Source: an uncultured virus (IMG/VR IMGVR_UViG_3300028299_000004)
Lineage: Duplodnaviria; Heunggongvirae; Uroviricota; Caudoviricetes
DNA: 64,000 nucleotides
Strand: one strand, 5' to 3'
Virus record (IMG/VR): IMGVR_UViG_3300028299_000004
Numbering within the stretch: the stretch's first letter is position 1; every line of letters starts with the position of its first letter. Position numbers and translations under genes: made by a program. Positions 1-10,899 of the stretch are shown piece after piece. The notes under the pieces are model-generated. The model was not told the DNA's origin. It made no database searches and saw only the letters and a program-made list of their open reading frames with translations.

Positions 1-181
1 TGATGGTAGGCAACATTATGAATGTGTGGATTTTTTTGGTGGTGAAGAATATTATCGTGAACAATTAATTAAAGATAAAATAAAGGATGAATATTGTAAA
101 AATAACAATTTGAATTTGATAAGAATAAATGATAAAAATTTAGATAATTTTTTAGAATTAATTTCATTCTTTCTTTTTTAA
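1..181 (+). CDS. C-terminal end of a free-standing Vsr/DUF559-like PD-(D/E)XK endonuclease (putative homing endonuclease), truncated by the window edge
   Basis: Frame 2 reads DGRQHYECVDFFGGEEYYREQLIKDKIKDEYCKNNNLNLIRI...; TAA at 179-181. Matches the C-terminus of 31691..32758 (EYDGEQHY..FFGG...IKTRFCKENDIKLIRI). Confidence 0.75.
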   Translation, partial: DGRQHYECVDFFGGEEYYREQLIKDKIKDEYCKNNNLNLIRINDKNLDNFLELISFFLF

Positions 182-442
182 AACTTTATCAGTTTTCAAT
201 ATATATTTTGCTTTCATCATTGTAATTTCTCCGTTTCTCAATATTGGAATTTTATGATTTTCGCCAAACGTATATTCTTCATTATTTATGGTTAATCTAA
301 TTAAATTAGTTTTATTTGTTTTTATTATATTTTTAATATTTTTCCATTCATTAGTGTGTGTTAATACTTCATCTTCATAATCAACATCTTTTATTGGAAT
401 ATACCCTCTTTTTGTTAATATTAAAGTGTCCCCATCAATACA
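164..442 (-). mobile_element. N-terminal half (IntN, 92 aa) of a naturally split intein
   Basis: Block A-like CIDGDTLILTKRGYIPIKDV and block B-like GENHKI, then a stop after KKKE. No endonuclease domain and no terminal His-Asn. Confidence 0.85.
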
Positions 443-1954
443 ATCCGCGTCAGACATAAATACAATTTTTCCATATCTTAAATCTTTAGTATCTTTATAT
501 TTCTTTCCAAATTCTAATCCAAGAGCGGATACTATGTTTTTGATTTCTTCATTTTCTTTGACTTTTGTTAATCCCTCACCTCTAACATTCTGTGGTTTTC
601 CCTTTAGGGGAAATGCCCCATAATATTTTCTGCCTGTTACGGAAAATCCTGATAGACAAGTAGATAGAGCTGAATCACCTTCTGTAATGAAGAGGCTACA
701 TTTTTTACTCTCATATGTTCCCGCCATTGTCGCGTCATCTAGTTTTTTGATTTTAACCAACCTATTTTTTTTATTTAATGAGTCTTGGAGTTGAGACTGA
801 CTTTTTAGTAATAATCTATTTGTTATATCTTCAACAATTTTAGACTTTGTTAATCTACGAATAAATGATTCAGATAATATAAAATCCTCTTTTAAATCAG
901 TAACCGTTATTTTTGTAGTCAAGGTTTCTTTTGTTTGATTTTCAAATGTTGGATTGATTATTTTACAATTTAAAAACAAAAATAAATTGTTTTTAATATC
1001 CATTGGGCGAATTCTAATATTCTTATTTGATTTTAATATATGATCTCTAATAATATTAGAAAGTTGAGTTGTTATATAATTAACATGAGTGCCACCGTTT
1101 ATTGTTGATATTCCATTAACCATAGAATTTTGAACAAATGTCTCATCAAAACTAGAAGATATACCAATTTCCCAAAATTCATTTATTTTTTCATATATGT
1201 AATCATTTTCATCCAAAAACATTCCTATATAATCCTTGAAATTCTTCATAGGAATTAATTTATCATTGTAATAGACCTTAACCCTTGGATTATATGACGC
1301 GATATCTATGGTTCTCTTTAATAATATACTTTGAATTTCATCATCTATTTTTTCAATGTCAAATTTTTCAAAATCAGGATAAAAAGTAACTTTTGTGTAA
1401 TTCTTTTTTGATAGTTTTATTTTTGGTTTAAATGTTTTTGATAAATTATTAATGAATTTTTGGGTATAACATCTTTTTCCATCACATGTTTCTATTTCAA
1501 AAGTTTTTGAAAATATGTTTGTTAATTTAGCGCCATAACCATTGCGCCCACCAGTTATTCTTTCTTCTGTATCATCATAATTTTCACCAGTTAATAAGTG
1601 ACCAAATAATAATTCAGGAACATATACCTTTTCTTTTCCATGCATTTGAACTGGTATACCTGGTCCATTATTTTCAATAATTATATGATCTTCAAAAACA
1701 TTGACTTTTATGTATTTAACCTCACCTGTACGAATCGTGTGATCGGACGCGTTAACCAAGATTTCATCAAATAATTTAATAAACCCCTGATTGTATTTTA
1801 TTGTTTGTAATGAAATTTTATTTTCAACACCACTTTCCGCTGTGAATAATTCCTTTTCTTCAGTTATAGTTGAACCTATATATGTATCTGGTCTCTGAAG
1901 AACATGTTCTTTATGCGTTAATTTTATGTATTTTTCTTCTACTTTCTTAACCAT
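164..1954 (-). CDS. Type IIA DNA topoisomerase ATPase/TOPRIM subunit, N-terminal part, fused to the N-half of a split intein
   Basis: HVLQRPDTYIGS, EILVNASD, GGRNGYGAKLTNIFS (GHKL ATPase), EGDSA and PLKGK. The TOPRIM MSDAD motif is followed directly by an intein start, CIDGDT. Confidence 0.93.
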   Translation of the reverse strand: MVKKVEEKYIKLTHKEHVLQRPDTYIGSTITEEKELFTAESGVENKISLQTIKYNQGFIKLFDEILVNASDHTIRTGEVKYIKVNVFEDHIIIENNGPGIPVQMHGKEKVYVPELLFGHLLTGENYDDTEERITGGRNGYGAKLTNIFSKTFEIETCDGKRCYTQKFINNLSKTFKPKIKLSKKNYTKVTFYPDFEKFDIEKIDDEIQSILLKRTIDIASYNPRVKVYYNDKLIPMKNFKDYIGMFLDENDYIYEKINEFWEIGISSSFDETFVQNSMVNGISTINGGTHVNYITTQLSNIIRDHILKSNKNIRIRPMDIKNNLFLFLNCKIINPTFENQTKETLTTKITVTDLKEDFILSESFIRRLTKSKIVEDITNRLLLKSQSQLQDSLNKKNRLVKIKKLDDATMAGTYESKKCSLFITEGDSALSTCLSGFSVTGRKYYGAFPLKGKPQNVRGEGLTKVKENEEIKNIVSALGLEFGKKYKDTKDLRYGKIVFMSDADCIDGDTLILTKRGYIPIKDVDYEDEVLTHTNEWKNIKNIIKTNKTNLIRLTINNEEYTFGENHKIPILRNGEITMMKAKYILKTDKVLKKKE

Positions 1955-2082
1955 TGTAGTTTTTGTATTTTAGATTTTCTTTTTATATATAATTATAATA
2001 TCAAGTTTAGTTTTTTTATTCTTGATTAATGTATTATTTTTATATTGAGATTTTAATATATAATAAAAAATATTATTGTATT

Positions 2083-2463
2083 ATGGGAGTAAATAGATTT
2101 TTATCATATTTTGGTAATAAAAAATCAAAAGAACAGGAAAAAGAACAACTCGTAAAAGAAGCTGTCATAAATAGTGCGTCATTCAATAAAATTAAAGCGG
2201 TTGGACCATGTCAAAAGAAAATATTTGAACTCTTCCCAAACGACGCGTTCATAGTGGTTTTTGACCAAGGTGGAAAGGTTGTTATATATGAAGAGAGTGG
2301 GAGAAATTCATTTGATAATTTAAGAGAAGTAGTTAGTTTATTCGGGTCTAGATTCTTTAACCATTCTGTCTTAAAGAAAGAGTATGGGCAATTAATGATA
2401 GATTTTTATGAAAAAGGTACAGGTATAAAAGTAAGAGATATTTATCAATATGAATTAGATTAA
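2083..2463 (+). CDS. Hypothetical protein
   Basis: ORF track starts at 2029. The ATG at 2083 follows the TAATATATA motif at about 2054 and is the more likely start. Confidence 0.6.
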   Translation: MGVNRFLSYFGNKKSKEQEKEQLVKEAVINSASFNKIKAVGPCQKKIFELFPNDAFIVVFDQGGKVVIYEESGRNSFDNLREVVSLFGSRFFNHSVLKKEYGQLMIDFYEKGTGIKVRDIYQYELD

Positions 2464-2476
2464 AAAAATAACAAAT

Positions 2477-2833
2477 ATGAAAATAAAAAAATTATCAGAA
2501 GAAATTGATATTGACCCATTCAAAGATGAGTTTGATGAAGAAGATTGGAATGAACAGGAAGTAATACTGAGACAAATAGAATGGAATAATATAAAAGGTG
2601 GTGGTAAAGTATCGATGGTTGGGGATGTTAGAATAGGGTATTTTAAACCAATAAAAAGAGGGTTCAGTAAAATTTCTAATTATGAAGTAATTGTTGGGTT
2701 TGGTGATGATGAAGTTGGTGGTATGTATAAAATTAGAAATTATAGAAATAATGGAAAATATACAAATGAAAATGAATGTATGGAAGCGATAGTGTGGTGG
2801 TGGAATGAATTTATAAAAAGAATAACAATATGA
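2477..2833 (+). CDS. Hypothetical protein with MKIKKLSEEID acidic leader (possible internal head protein)
   Basis: ORF; leader shared with neighbouring genes. Confidence 0.65.
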   Translation: MKIKKLSEEIDIDPFKDEFDEEDWNEQEVILRQIEWNNIKGGGKVSMVGDVRIGYFKPIKRGFSKISNYEVIVGFGDDEVGGMYKIRNYRNNGKYTNENECMEAIVWWWNEFIKRITI

Positions 2834-3558
2834 AAATAAAAAGATTATCAGAAGAAATTAATATGGGTGATGGTATACCATCTGACTTTGATCCTAATAA
2901 ACATATTAGAGAAACGGATGATATAGATTTTTTAGAAGAATTATTAAAATTTATAAATAGTGATTTAGAGAGACTTGAAAATCTAAACAATTTCAGAGTT
3001 CAAGCGAAACTAAGTGGCAAGACACCAGAAGAAATTGTTAATTCACTAAAAACAACAACATTAAGAGCTAAAAAAACAGCTGAAGATAGGTTAAAAGAAT
3101 TAAAAAATTTAGAAAAATTATCAGAAGAAATTGATTTTCAAGAAGATTGGGAAGATGAAGATGTTAACAATATAACACCCAATGATTTGAAAGAATTTAG
3201 ACCAATAGATGAAGAATATTTCTTACCAAAAAGAGGTAGATATATGGGATTGGATAATTTAGAAATTGAATCTGACCCATATGTTAAAATAGATCAAGGT
3301 AATCAACACTATAGACCATTTTTAAAAAAAATTGGTAATTTTTCTTTCTATGGTGGAAGAGTCGCACCTAAAAAAGATTTGGAGTTTGATCACGATTGTA
3401 TTGTAGTATTTGAAAATAATATATTAAAATCTGTTATTATAATATATGAAATAGATACAATAATGGAAGGGTTTGGGACTTTTATTTTAACAGGACACGA
3501 TGAAGTTATTGTATATGATCCAGTTGAAAACAGATGTAAATTAAAAAGAACTAGATAA
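2830..3558 (+). CDS. Hypothetical protein with two copies of the KLSEEI leader (possible internal head protein)
   Basis: MKIKRLSEEI at the start and KLSEEIDFQEDWEDED internally; ATGA overlap with the upstream gene. Confidence 0.65.
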   Translation: MKIKRLSEEINMGDGIPSDFDPNKHIRETDDIDFLEELLKFINSDLERLENLNNFRVQAKLSGKTPEEIVNSLKTTTLRAKKTAEDRLKELKNLEKLSEEIDFQEDWEDEDVNNITPNDLKEFRPIDEEYFLPKRGRYMGLDNLEIESDPYVKIDQGNQHYRPFLKKIGNFSFYGGRVAPKKDLEFDHDCIVVFENNILKSVIIIYEIDTIMEGFGTFILTGHDEVIVYDPVENRCKLKRTR

Positions 3559-3575
3559 AAAATAAAAATAAAGAT

Positions 3576-4103
3576 ATGGAATACAACGATTTTGATTCAT
3601 TTAAGATTAATGAAAGTAAAGTAATGAATACTAAAAGTTTTAACGAATTTACATTAGAACTAGGAAGGTGTAGGGATGATATATTTAATTTATATCCAGA
3701 TCATAAATTTGTTATTGAAACAAAGAAAGGAACATGTTTTATTTATTCAAAGTATGAATCTAGATCCAAGTATTGGGATTTGAATCAAATGGTTGAAAAA
3801 GAAGGCAATGTAGATGATAAAAATATAACAAATACAGAAAGTGGTAAAATGATAAAACAACAATATGAAAAATTATCAAAACTTACTGTTAATAATGTAT
3901 ATCAAATACCTTTAACACCAGCTGAACTAGAAAAGTATAATAAAGAAGAAAAGAAAAATAAACCAAGAAGGCCATATGCTGGTGGAGGAGGTGGTGCGGA
4001 ATGGGATTGGTTTGATCGTTATAATGACGCTGGTAACGCTGGTGATACGGGTGGTGATACAGGAGACGAAGTTGATGAATTTGATGATGACGATGAGGGT
4101 TAA
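3576..4103 (+). CDS. Hypothetical protein with acidic, Gly-rich C-terminus
   Basis: ORF; N-terminal FDSFKINES resembles a protease-cleaved leader. Confidence 0.6.
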   Translation: MEYNDFDSFKINESKVMNTKSFNEFTLELGRCRDDIFNLYPDHKFVIETKKGTCFIYSKYESRSKYWDLNQMVEKEGNVDDKNITNTESGKMIKQQYEKLSKLTVNNVYQIPLTPAELEKYNKEEKKNKPRRPYAGGGGGAEWDWFDRYNDAGNAGDTGGDTGDEVDEFDDDDEG

Positions 4104-5734
4104 GATTTAATCATTTTTATAGAATCCGTAAAATATTTAGGTAAATATTTAGATTTATATTTTAGTATATTAGAGAAAGATTCATCCAATATAAATGTAT
4201 CTGAAAAATCATCTTCCGATCTAACCGTTCTTCCATAACATTGAACAATATCCGCGATAGTTTTCCAATCATACCAATCACTATTAGATTCTTGTCTAGA
4301 TTTTATTTTATTTGATGATATATTTGGATATGGAACTTTCAATATTATTGAGAATCTCGCGAGATCATTTTTTAAATCAATACCACTCATCATAGATGGT
4401 GACACCATAATTCTAGGTTCTGGTGATGAAATAAACTCATCATATTTGTCTTCCCTATCATCACTGTTATGGAATATTAATCTTTTATCTGGTATTTGTT
4501 CTTTAACCCATTCACATATTTCATAATTTACTGTATGAATGATGCCTTTATCATTTTTATATTTTCGTAGTATCTTTTTAATTATTTCAACTTGATTTTT
4601 GAATGTGGTTTGTTTTAGATTATAAGTCATCTTTCCAACCTTTATATAAAAAAGAGGCCGTTTTTTTAAATCAAAAGACGAGTTTAATTCGTAGTATGTT
4701 GTTAATTCTGGTTCTATTCCATTCATATATGAGTACATTTCCTTGTTCAAAATAGTCGCGGACATAAAAATTACATGATCATATTTTTCCCAAATTATCT
4801 TTTTTAAATATGGATACCCCCAGATTGGTTGAAGGAGTAACTCAATACCACTATATGTTTCAACCTTGTTTCTACTGTGTGTAATATCTAACGCCCAATT
4901 TTTTGGATTTTCTTCATAACCCTTTATTAAACTATCAAAATTCTCTAGTTGTGATGAACAATAAACTATGTATTTGTTTAGTATATTCTTTACAGATTTA
5001 TCAGATTCAACTCTATTTTTTTCAACTAACTCATCATACATTCTTTGTATATCAACAACAAACTCATCTTTTATAAATTCAATAAAATCAACTGGTGTTT
5101 TTATTTGTCTGAATCTTCGTTCATAGATCTTAATCATTTTTTGATTAAATCCATATTTTTTAAGTACTCTAAAATTTAATTTAGTGGAAATATAATCACA
5201 AAAAACGGACTCAAAATCATGTGCCTCGTCAACTATAAGGACATTAGAATTCTTTCTTTCTATTGAATCAACAAATAAAGATAGAGATATAAACAACGCG
5301 AAATTGGTTATTGATAACTGACTTTCCATCCATTTCATTTTAGAAATATCATAAGGACAATCAAAACAAATTCTTTTTAATATTTTATTTAGTTCCTTCC
5401 CTTCCCCACAATCTGTTTTATGATGATTACACCAATAATTTTTTCTCCCTTTTAAATTTGTGATAAATGGGAAATCCCTAATGTATTGGTCTTGAAGTAG
5501 TTTACTATTTGTCAATATATCAAATTTCGCGTTTTTGTTTATAAAATTTTTATACCAATTCGCGAACATAACAACGAAATAACTTTTTCCGCTACCAGTT
5601 GGCATATTTAACAACATATACTTTTTACCATTGTTTATATTTGTTTTACAAAACTCTAACGCGGTCAGTTGTTGTTCTCTTGGTGGTAGTTCCATAGGAA
5701 AATACACCTTTAAATCCTCAGCTATTTCTATCAT
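4100..5734 (-). CDS. DinG/XPD-family SF2 helicase
   Basis: PTGSGKS Walker A, four-Cys Fe-S-like cluster after LKGRKNYWC, DEAH, MSAT, GIDL, QCYGRTVRSEDD. Confidence 0.9.
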   Translation of the reverse strand: MIEIAEDLKVYFPMELPPREQQLTALEFCKTNINNGKKYMLLNMPTGSGKSYFVVMFANWYKNFINKNAKFDILTNSKLLQDQYIRDFPFITNLKGRKNYWCNHHKTDCGEGKELNKILKRICFDCPYDISKMKWMESQLSITNFALFISLSLFVDSIERKNSNVLIVDEAHDFESVFCDYISTKLNFRVLKKYGFNQKMIKIYERRFRQIKTPVDFIEFIKDEFVVDIQRMYDELVEKNRVESDKSVKNILNKYIVYCSSQLENFDSLIKGYEENPKNWALDITHSRNKVETYSGIELLLQPIWGYPYLKKIIWEKYDHVIFMSATILNKEMYSYMNGIEPELTTYYELNSSFDLKKRPLFYIKVGKMTYNLKQTTFKNQVEIIKKILRKYKNDKGIIHTVNYEICEWVKEQIPDKRLIFHNSDDREDKYDEFISSPEPRIMVSPSMMSGIDLKNDLARFSIILKVPYPNISSNKIKSRQESNSDWYDWKTIADIVQCYGRTVRSEDDFSDTFILDESFSNILKYKSKYLPKYFTDSIKMIKS

Positions 5735-5799
5735 AAGAAATATATGAAGAAAATGTAGAAATGTTTTTTAATATATAAATAAAACTATAGCAATAAAAA

Positions 5800-6060
5800 T
5801 TGAAATATATAAAATTATTTGAAGAAATTGATTTCGATGATATTGATTGGGAAGAAGAAGAATCACCTAAGATTGTTTTTACTCAGGAACAGGTAGATAA
5901 ATTAAACAAATATCAAAAATCTGGTAAGTTTCATCCATATACATGTGGTGGTAATAGAACTGATGAAGATCATTTGGATGGTGAAGGTATTTTAGTAGCA
6001 ACAAAATATGGTTGGATTTGTCCTTATTGTGATTACAAACAAAAATGGGCTCATATATAA
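5800..6060 (+). CDS. Small Cys/His zinc-binding-like protein with MKYIKLFEEID leader
   Basis: TTG start; HPYTC...CPYC; upstream TAATATATA motif. Confidence 0.65.
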   Translation: MKYIKLFEEIDFDDIDWEEEESPKIVFTQEQVDKLNKYQKSGKFHPYTCGGNRTDEDHLDGEGILVATKYGWICPYCDYKQKWAHI

Positions 6061-6073
6061 AATAAAATAAATT

Positions 6074-7579
6074 ATGAAGTATATAAAACCGTTTGAGAAT
6101 ATTAATGAAGGAAATGTTGGAATGGGTAGTCTATATTTTACTGAATATCCTTATCAATATAATACAATGGAGAATCCATCCGATAGAGGAACGGAAGGTA
6201 ATATAGAATATTCTAAAAAGAATAATATGTTTCAATCCATTCAGGATGAATTAAAATTAATAATAAGAGATCATTTAGAAAAAAATAATAAAGATAAAAC
6301 TGTCAATGACGCTGATGTGGAAAATCTACTTAGACATTTTTTTCAACTAGGTGATAATAAAAACGCAGAAATTAAAAATATATCAGATGGTTGTAAAAAT
6401 GTAAAAGAATGTGCGAAGAAAATATTTAATGATTATATTAAATATGTTAGAGTAAATTATTATAACAAGGATGTTGTTAATGACGCGGAACCAACGATGA
6501 ATGAATCAAAAACAAATGGTAAGTATGGATTTTTTATGTTTTTGGAAATGATAGATGATATGAAAAATTCATTTATCAATGAAAATTACTTGAATACATC
6601 TGATTTTAATTTATTTTTTACAACAGATAATATAAAAGACAAAAACAAATTATCAGATAAATTAGAATATAAAAGATCATTAGATGTTGGTTATCAAACT
6701 CTTATACATATTAGAAATTTAAGATTATCTTTTTATTTTGGAGTTAGGGATTATATTTTAGAATATGGATTTCATGATGACCTAAAAAGAATTGTTTATA
6801 AAATAGGAGAATTTAAAATTAATTCCACTTTTTTAAATTCAGTAGAATCATTTAAATGTATTTCATTGATTAGAAATATATTAAAACAAACAAATTTGAA
6901 AAACCTCTCAACATTAAAAAGAGCTAAAGATGATTTGAAATACCTCATAACAGATAATTCTGGTGTAATACAAATATTAGATCAAAGAAGAGTTGACTGT
7001 ACTGTTCAAAAATCAGAAATAAATATAAAAAATTACTCAGAATACTTTGATTCCTGGTGTTTGAAACATCCTTGGTATTATACAACATACAACTATGTTG
7101 ATGAAGAACAAGATATTGTACACTTTCTAGTTAAAATAAAAGACGCGGATACTGATCTGAATCTTATTAAGAAACGAACAGATATAAAACAATTATTGAA
7201 AGAAGATAAAGAATCATCAAATCCAGTTGTTAGAGATAAAATGACAGTAGAACCACAGAAAGCATCTAAATTAAATTCTAGAAGAATGAAAGATATGGCG
7301 AAAAATAATCCATATTTGAATAAGAATAAGAAGAAGGATCAAAAATCGGAAGCGGATAAAAACCGTATAAACTATTTTAAAGATCTAAAGAAAGCGGTTA
7401 TAAAAATAGATAAAGACCAAAATAAAGATAATGGATATCTAACAAAATATATGTATCCAATCGTTCAGAAATTTAATAAACCCCTGTCAGATGTCAAAAA
7501 TGATATTCTATGGATGAATGGAAAGTTAAGAGAAAATCCAAATTTTGTAGAAGATCAAATTGAAAGATTGAAAAATTGA
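6074..7579 (+). CDS. Hypothetical protein with MKYIKPFENINE leader (probable internal head protein)
   Basis: Long ORF; leader plus INE/MNE/LKE sites resembling T4 gp21 cleavage sites. Confidence 0.65.
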   Translation: MKYIKPFENINEGNVGMGSLYFTEYPYQYNTMENPSDRGTEGNIEYSKKNNMFQSIQDELKLIIRDHLEKNNKDKTVNDADVENLLRHFFQLGDNKNAEIKNISDGCKNVKECAKKIFNDYIKYVRVNYYNKDVVNDAEPTMNESKTNGKYGFFMFLEMIDDMKNSFINENYLNTSDFNLFFTTDNIKDKNKLSDKLEYKRSLDVGYQTLIHIRNLRLSFYFGVRDYILEYGFHDDLKRIVYKIGEFKINSTFLNSVESFKCISLIRNILKQTNLKNLSTLKRAKDDLKYLITDNSGVIQILDQRRVDCTVQKSEINIKNYSEYFDSWCLKHPWYYTTYNYVDEEQDIVHFLVKIKDADTDLNLIKKRTDIKQLLKEDKESSNPVVRDKMTVEPQKASKLNSRRMKDMAKNNPYLNKNKKKDQKSEADKNRINYFKDLKKAVIKIDKDQNKDNGYLTKYMYPIVQKFNKPLSDVKNDILWMNGKLRENPNFVEDQIERLKN

Positions 7580-7649
7580 AAATTATTTCATTTTATACAC
7601 ATTTGACAACTTGCCGTTTTTTATATATAAAGAAAAAATTGATTTATAA

Positions 7650-10600
7650 ATGAGTAATAATATGAATCAAAGGAATTCATTCGCCTCACTCGCGGGACAA
7701 CTAGCGGCGTTGAACCAGAACACAGTAGAAGTAGTTACGAAATTGAATGATATCGTAACTTCACAACAATCCGCGGTTTCTATTTCATTGATAGATGAAT
7801 TTGGAACAAAGACAGAATATTATATGCCAACTGTTGGTTTCTTGAAAAACGAAATAGACAAAATTAATACTAACATAAAACGGTTAGCTGGTATTGATAC
7901 AACAACAAATATTATAGATGGTAAAAGTATTAAGAAAGTGTATGTAACAGACTTAAACAATGAACCATACCCTGTAGCGTCTATTAATGAAATTACAAAA
8001 TTTCAACCAATTAACAATCATTTTTTTGATTCTATGATAAATCCTTTATTAACTATAGAATTAGACTTATCAGATAAAGTTACATCAGATGTTAATAAAA
8101 TATTATCAAGAAGATACATAGTCAGATTTGAAAGAAATTCTGATTTTACATTAACTTCCGATGGATTAAAATCATTTAATTCATTTCAAGAAAAATTTTT
8201 AAATAGAACTGATATAAATATTAGTGAATTTGAAGATTGGTACGCTGTTGAATCAGATGTTGGTATATTAAAAGATGTTGTTGAACCATATGATGAACAA
8301 GTATTTGATCTTAGTGTTAACGAAGTTAATTATCATGGATTATTTTCAATTATAAAAACAGAGAATGATACATTAAATAAGAAATTTTGGTATCATGTAA
8401 ATACACTTACTTATTATACATTAGATGGAAATGATGTAACATTATCGGTTGGTGATAATTTGGCGTTAAATCGTTTGAGTACATCATCAAGATGGGTTGT
8501 TAAAGAAGTAAATACAGAATCATCCAATTATCGTCTAATATTAGAAAGAGTTGAAGGATATGATCCAATTCCAATAGGAACAAATATATTGAGATATTAC
8601 AGTGATTTATCTTATCAAAAGAAAGTTAAAATATCTGTTGGGTTTGATGAATTTACTGTATTATTTATAAAACCAATAAATACTCATAGTAACGTTATAT
8701 CATCAACATGGTCAAATGGTACATCTTTTTATAGTAACGATTTAATATTAACAACAGACTCAAATACTGATCTATCACAATTTTATCTAAGAAAAGTATA
8801 TGATTATGGAAAACTTTTAGAGGATATGATACTTAAAAAGATTCCATCAGAATACGCTGAAAAACCAAATAAAGTAGCGTTGGATGTTAGTAATTTTAAG
8901 GTTGTTCAAATAAATCAACACTTAACTGATACTGAAAATAGTAGAGTTTTGAGAAACTTACATTCAAATAAAATAACATCAAAAGCGAAGTTATCTCAAA
9001 TAAATTCCGCGGTTATTGATAAAAATAAAGAATTAAATACTAGAACATTCTCATCAATTAGTGATTACAATTCTGTAAATAATGAGTTACAGAAACTCAT
9101 TAATGACCAAGAAAAAGAAACAAAAACACTATCATCATTGGTTTCTCAAATTGGAACAAAGAAAACAGAAAGTAAATCGGACGCGAAATTTAGATTAAGA
9201 GGATTTTGGAATATACCAGCACCTATTTATAATGGTAAAACAGAAGCTCAACATATTGTACAGTTTAGAGTACAATATCGTTATAGTGCGAAATCTGGTC
9301 AACTAAATCCAACAGCGGGATTTAAAATTTATTCATCCGCTAATTCTGAAGCAGCAACAACAGATGGAAGAGTAGCTATACCTACACCACCCCCACCCCC
9401 ACCCAGAACTGGTGGTGTAGCGGGAGCGGTACTAAAGGGTAATATAAAAGCTTCATCTGTGCAAACTGGAACAGCTGAAACAACAGACAAGATAAAAACT
9501 GGGTATTTTTCAAATTGGGTTGAATTTATAACAGATGTAAGAAAAAGATATTGGGATCCAGAGAGGGGAATGTGGTATTGGAAAGTAGAAGATGTTGAGG
9601 ACGCTGATACACCAAATATCAATCAATTAGATATACCAATACAACCAAATGAAAAGGTTGAAGTTAGAATGAAAGCTATATCAGAGGTTGGATGGCCAGA
9701 AACATTGGTTGAATCTGATTGGAGTGATATAATGACAATAGAATTCCCAAATGATTTAGATAGTATATTAAATGAAAATGATTTCATATTAAAAGAAGCG
9801 ACACAAGACGAATCTTTGGTTAGTATGGAAAGTACATTAACATCAAGAGGAATATACCGACACGTACAGGATTCATTTTATTTGAATGAAACATATTTTT
9901 CACATTCTGATAAAAGTGTTCAGGTTGGATTTAAAGATAGTAATGGAAATTTTTTAAATCTATATGATTATTTACAACAATTAACAGATAGAATAAAGAC
10001 TCTAGAAAGTCAAATTAGTCAGGCTAAGGGTGAATTGGAAGTTTATTTACATAGTCCAAATGGTGGAATTAGAAAGATAAGAGACAAAGATTTACTTAAT
10101 TTAACTGTTGAATTAGAAGATTATTCAGTTGAAGCGTCTGGTGCGACCGCCGCGAGAGACTATTACAATACTATAACATTGTTAGATGGGTATAGATTAG
10201 AATTTAAGAATATATCATCATCTAGTGCATTAGGATTAATTTCCAGTAGAAATTATGATTCTGGTAATACATCAAATACCTTTTATCAATATGGTAATTC
10301 TAAAGCGTTATTTGTTGATTATAATAATGATTTATATACACAATTTGATAATCAATTTGTTTGGTTTAGTGATAATTCTGGTGGTGATCAAATTTATTCT
10401 GGTACTTCCGCTCAAGGATCTAACGCGATATTGGGTAGTGTTAATTGGAATTTAGGTACATCTGGAGAATCATCTGGTTTTTATAATTCGTTGTTTAATG
10501 TCATATCAGATGCGAAATGGACAGGTGGTGGATCATCAAAAGACTTATATGTAACAGTTCACCCTAGAATTTATAATTCATCAGATTTGGTTGAAAATGG

Positions 10601-10886
10601 TCAAGAAAGAAAGAAGGGTATATCCGCTAGTGACAGTTATTTTATAGATATGTATGCTTATTTTAAATTAGATGGAAACAAACCAGATAATGCATTTTTC
10701 ACAGTTCCAACATCTGGGACACCAAAAGTCAGATATAGACATGTTAAAGTATTTGTAGAACCAGATACACTATCAAGACCATTTGAATTTGATATTAAGT
10801 TTAAATTCAGACAGTGGAGAGAAGCGTTACTTGGTGGAAATATAACAACATATAGTGCTGAATCTGGTCAAGCGGGTATAGACTAA
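7650..10886 (+). CDS. Large putative virion structural protein (1078 aa)
   Basis: Long ORF, late-type promoter at about 7621, coiled-coil segments and a Pro-rich linker. Confidence 0.6.
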   Translation: MSNNMNQRNSFASLAGQLAALNQNTVEVVTKLNDIVTSQQSAVSISLIDEFGTKTEYYMPTVGFLKNEIDKINTNIKRLAGIDTTTNIIDGKSIKKVYVTDLNNEPYPVASINEITKFQPINNHFFDSMINPLLTIELDLSDKVTSDVNKILSRRYIVRFERNSDFTLTSDGLKSFNSFQEKFLNRTDINISEFEDWYAVESDVGILKDVVEPYDEQVFDLSVNEVNYHGLFSIIKTENDTLNKKFWYHVNTLTYYTLDGNDVTLSVGDNLALNRLSTSSRWVVKEVNTESSNYRLILERVEGYDPIPIGTNILRYYSDLSYQKKVKISVGFDEFTVLFIKPINTHSNVISSTWSNGTSFYSNDLILTTDSNTDLSQFYLRKVYDYGKLLEDMILKKIPSEYAEKPNKVALDVSNFKVVQINQHLTDTENSRVLRNLHSNKITSKAKLSQINSAVIDKNKELNTRTFSSISDYNSVNNELQKLINDQEKETKTLSSLVSQIGTKKTESKSDAKFRLRGFWNIPAPIYNGKTEAQHIVQFRVQYRYSAKSGQLNPTAGFKIYSSANSEAATTDGRVAIPTPPPPPPRTGGVAGAVLKGNIKASSVQTGTAETTDKIKTGYFSNWVEFITDVRKRYWDPERGMWYWKVEDVEDADTPNINQLDIPIQPNEKVEVRMKAISEVGWPETLVESDWSDIMTIEFPNDLDSILNENDFILKEATQDESLVSMESTLTSRGIYRHVQDSFYLNETYFSHSDKSVQVGFKDSNGNFLNLYDYLQQLTDRIKTLESQISQAKGELEVYLHSPNGGIRKIRDKDLLNLTVELEDYSVEASGATAARDYYNTITLLDGYRLEFKNISSSSALGLISSRNYDSGNTSNTFYQYGNSKALFVDYNNDLYTQFDNQFVWFSDNSGGDQIYSGTSAQGSNAILGSVNWNLGTSGESSGFYNSLFNVISDAKWTGGGSSKDLYVTVHPRIYNSSDLVENGQERKKGISASDSYFIDMYAYFKLDGNKPDNAFFTVPTSGTPKVRYRHVKVFVEPDTLSRPFEFDIKFKFRQWREALLGGNITTYSAESGQAGID

Positions 10887-10899
10887 AAACATCTAACAT

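Noticed and set aside
164..1954. Giant eukaryotic virus origin (topoisomerase II, collagen, glycosyltransferases, RCC1)
   Set aside because: T4-like portal, capsid, protease, baseplate and late sigma genes show this is a tailed phage.
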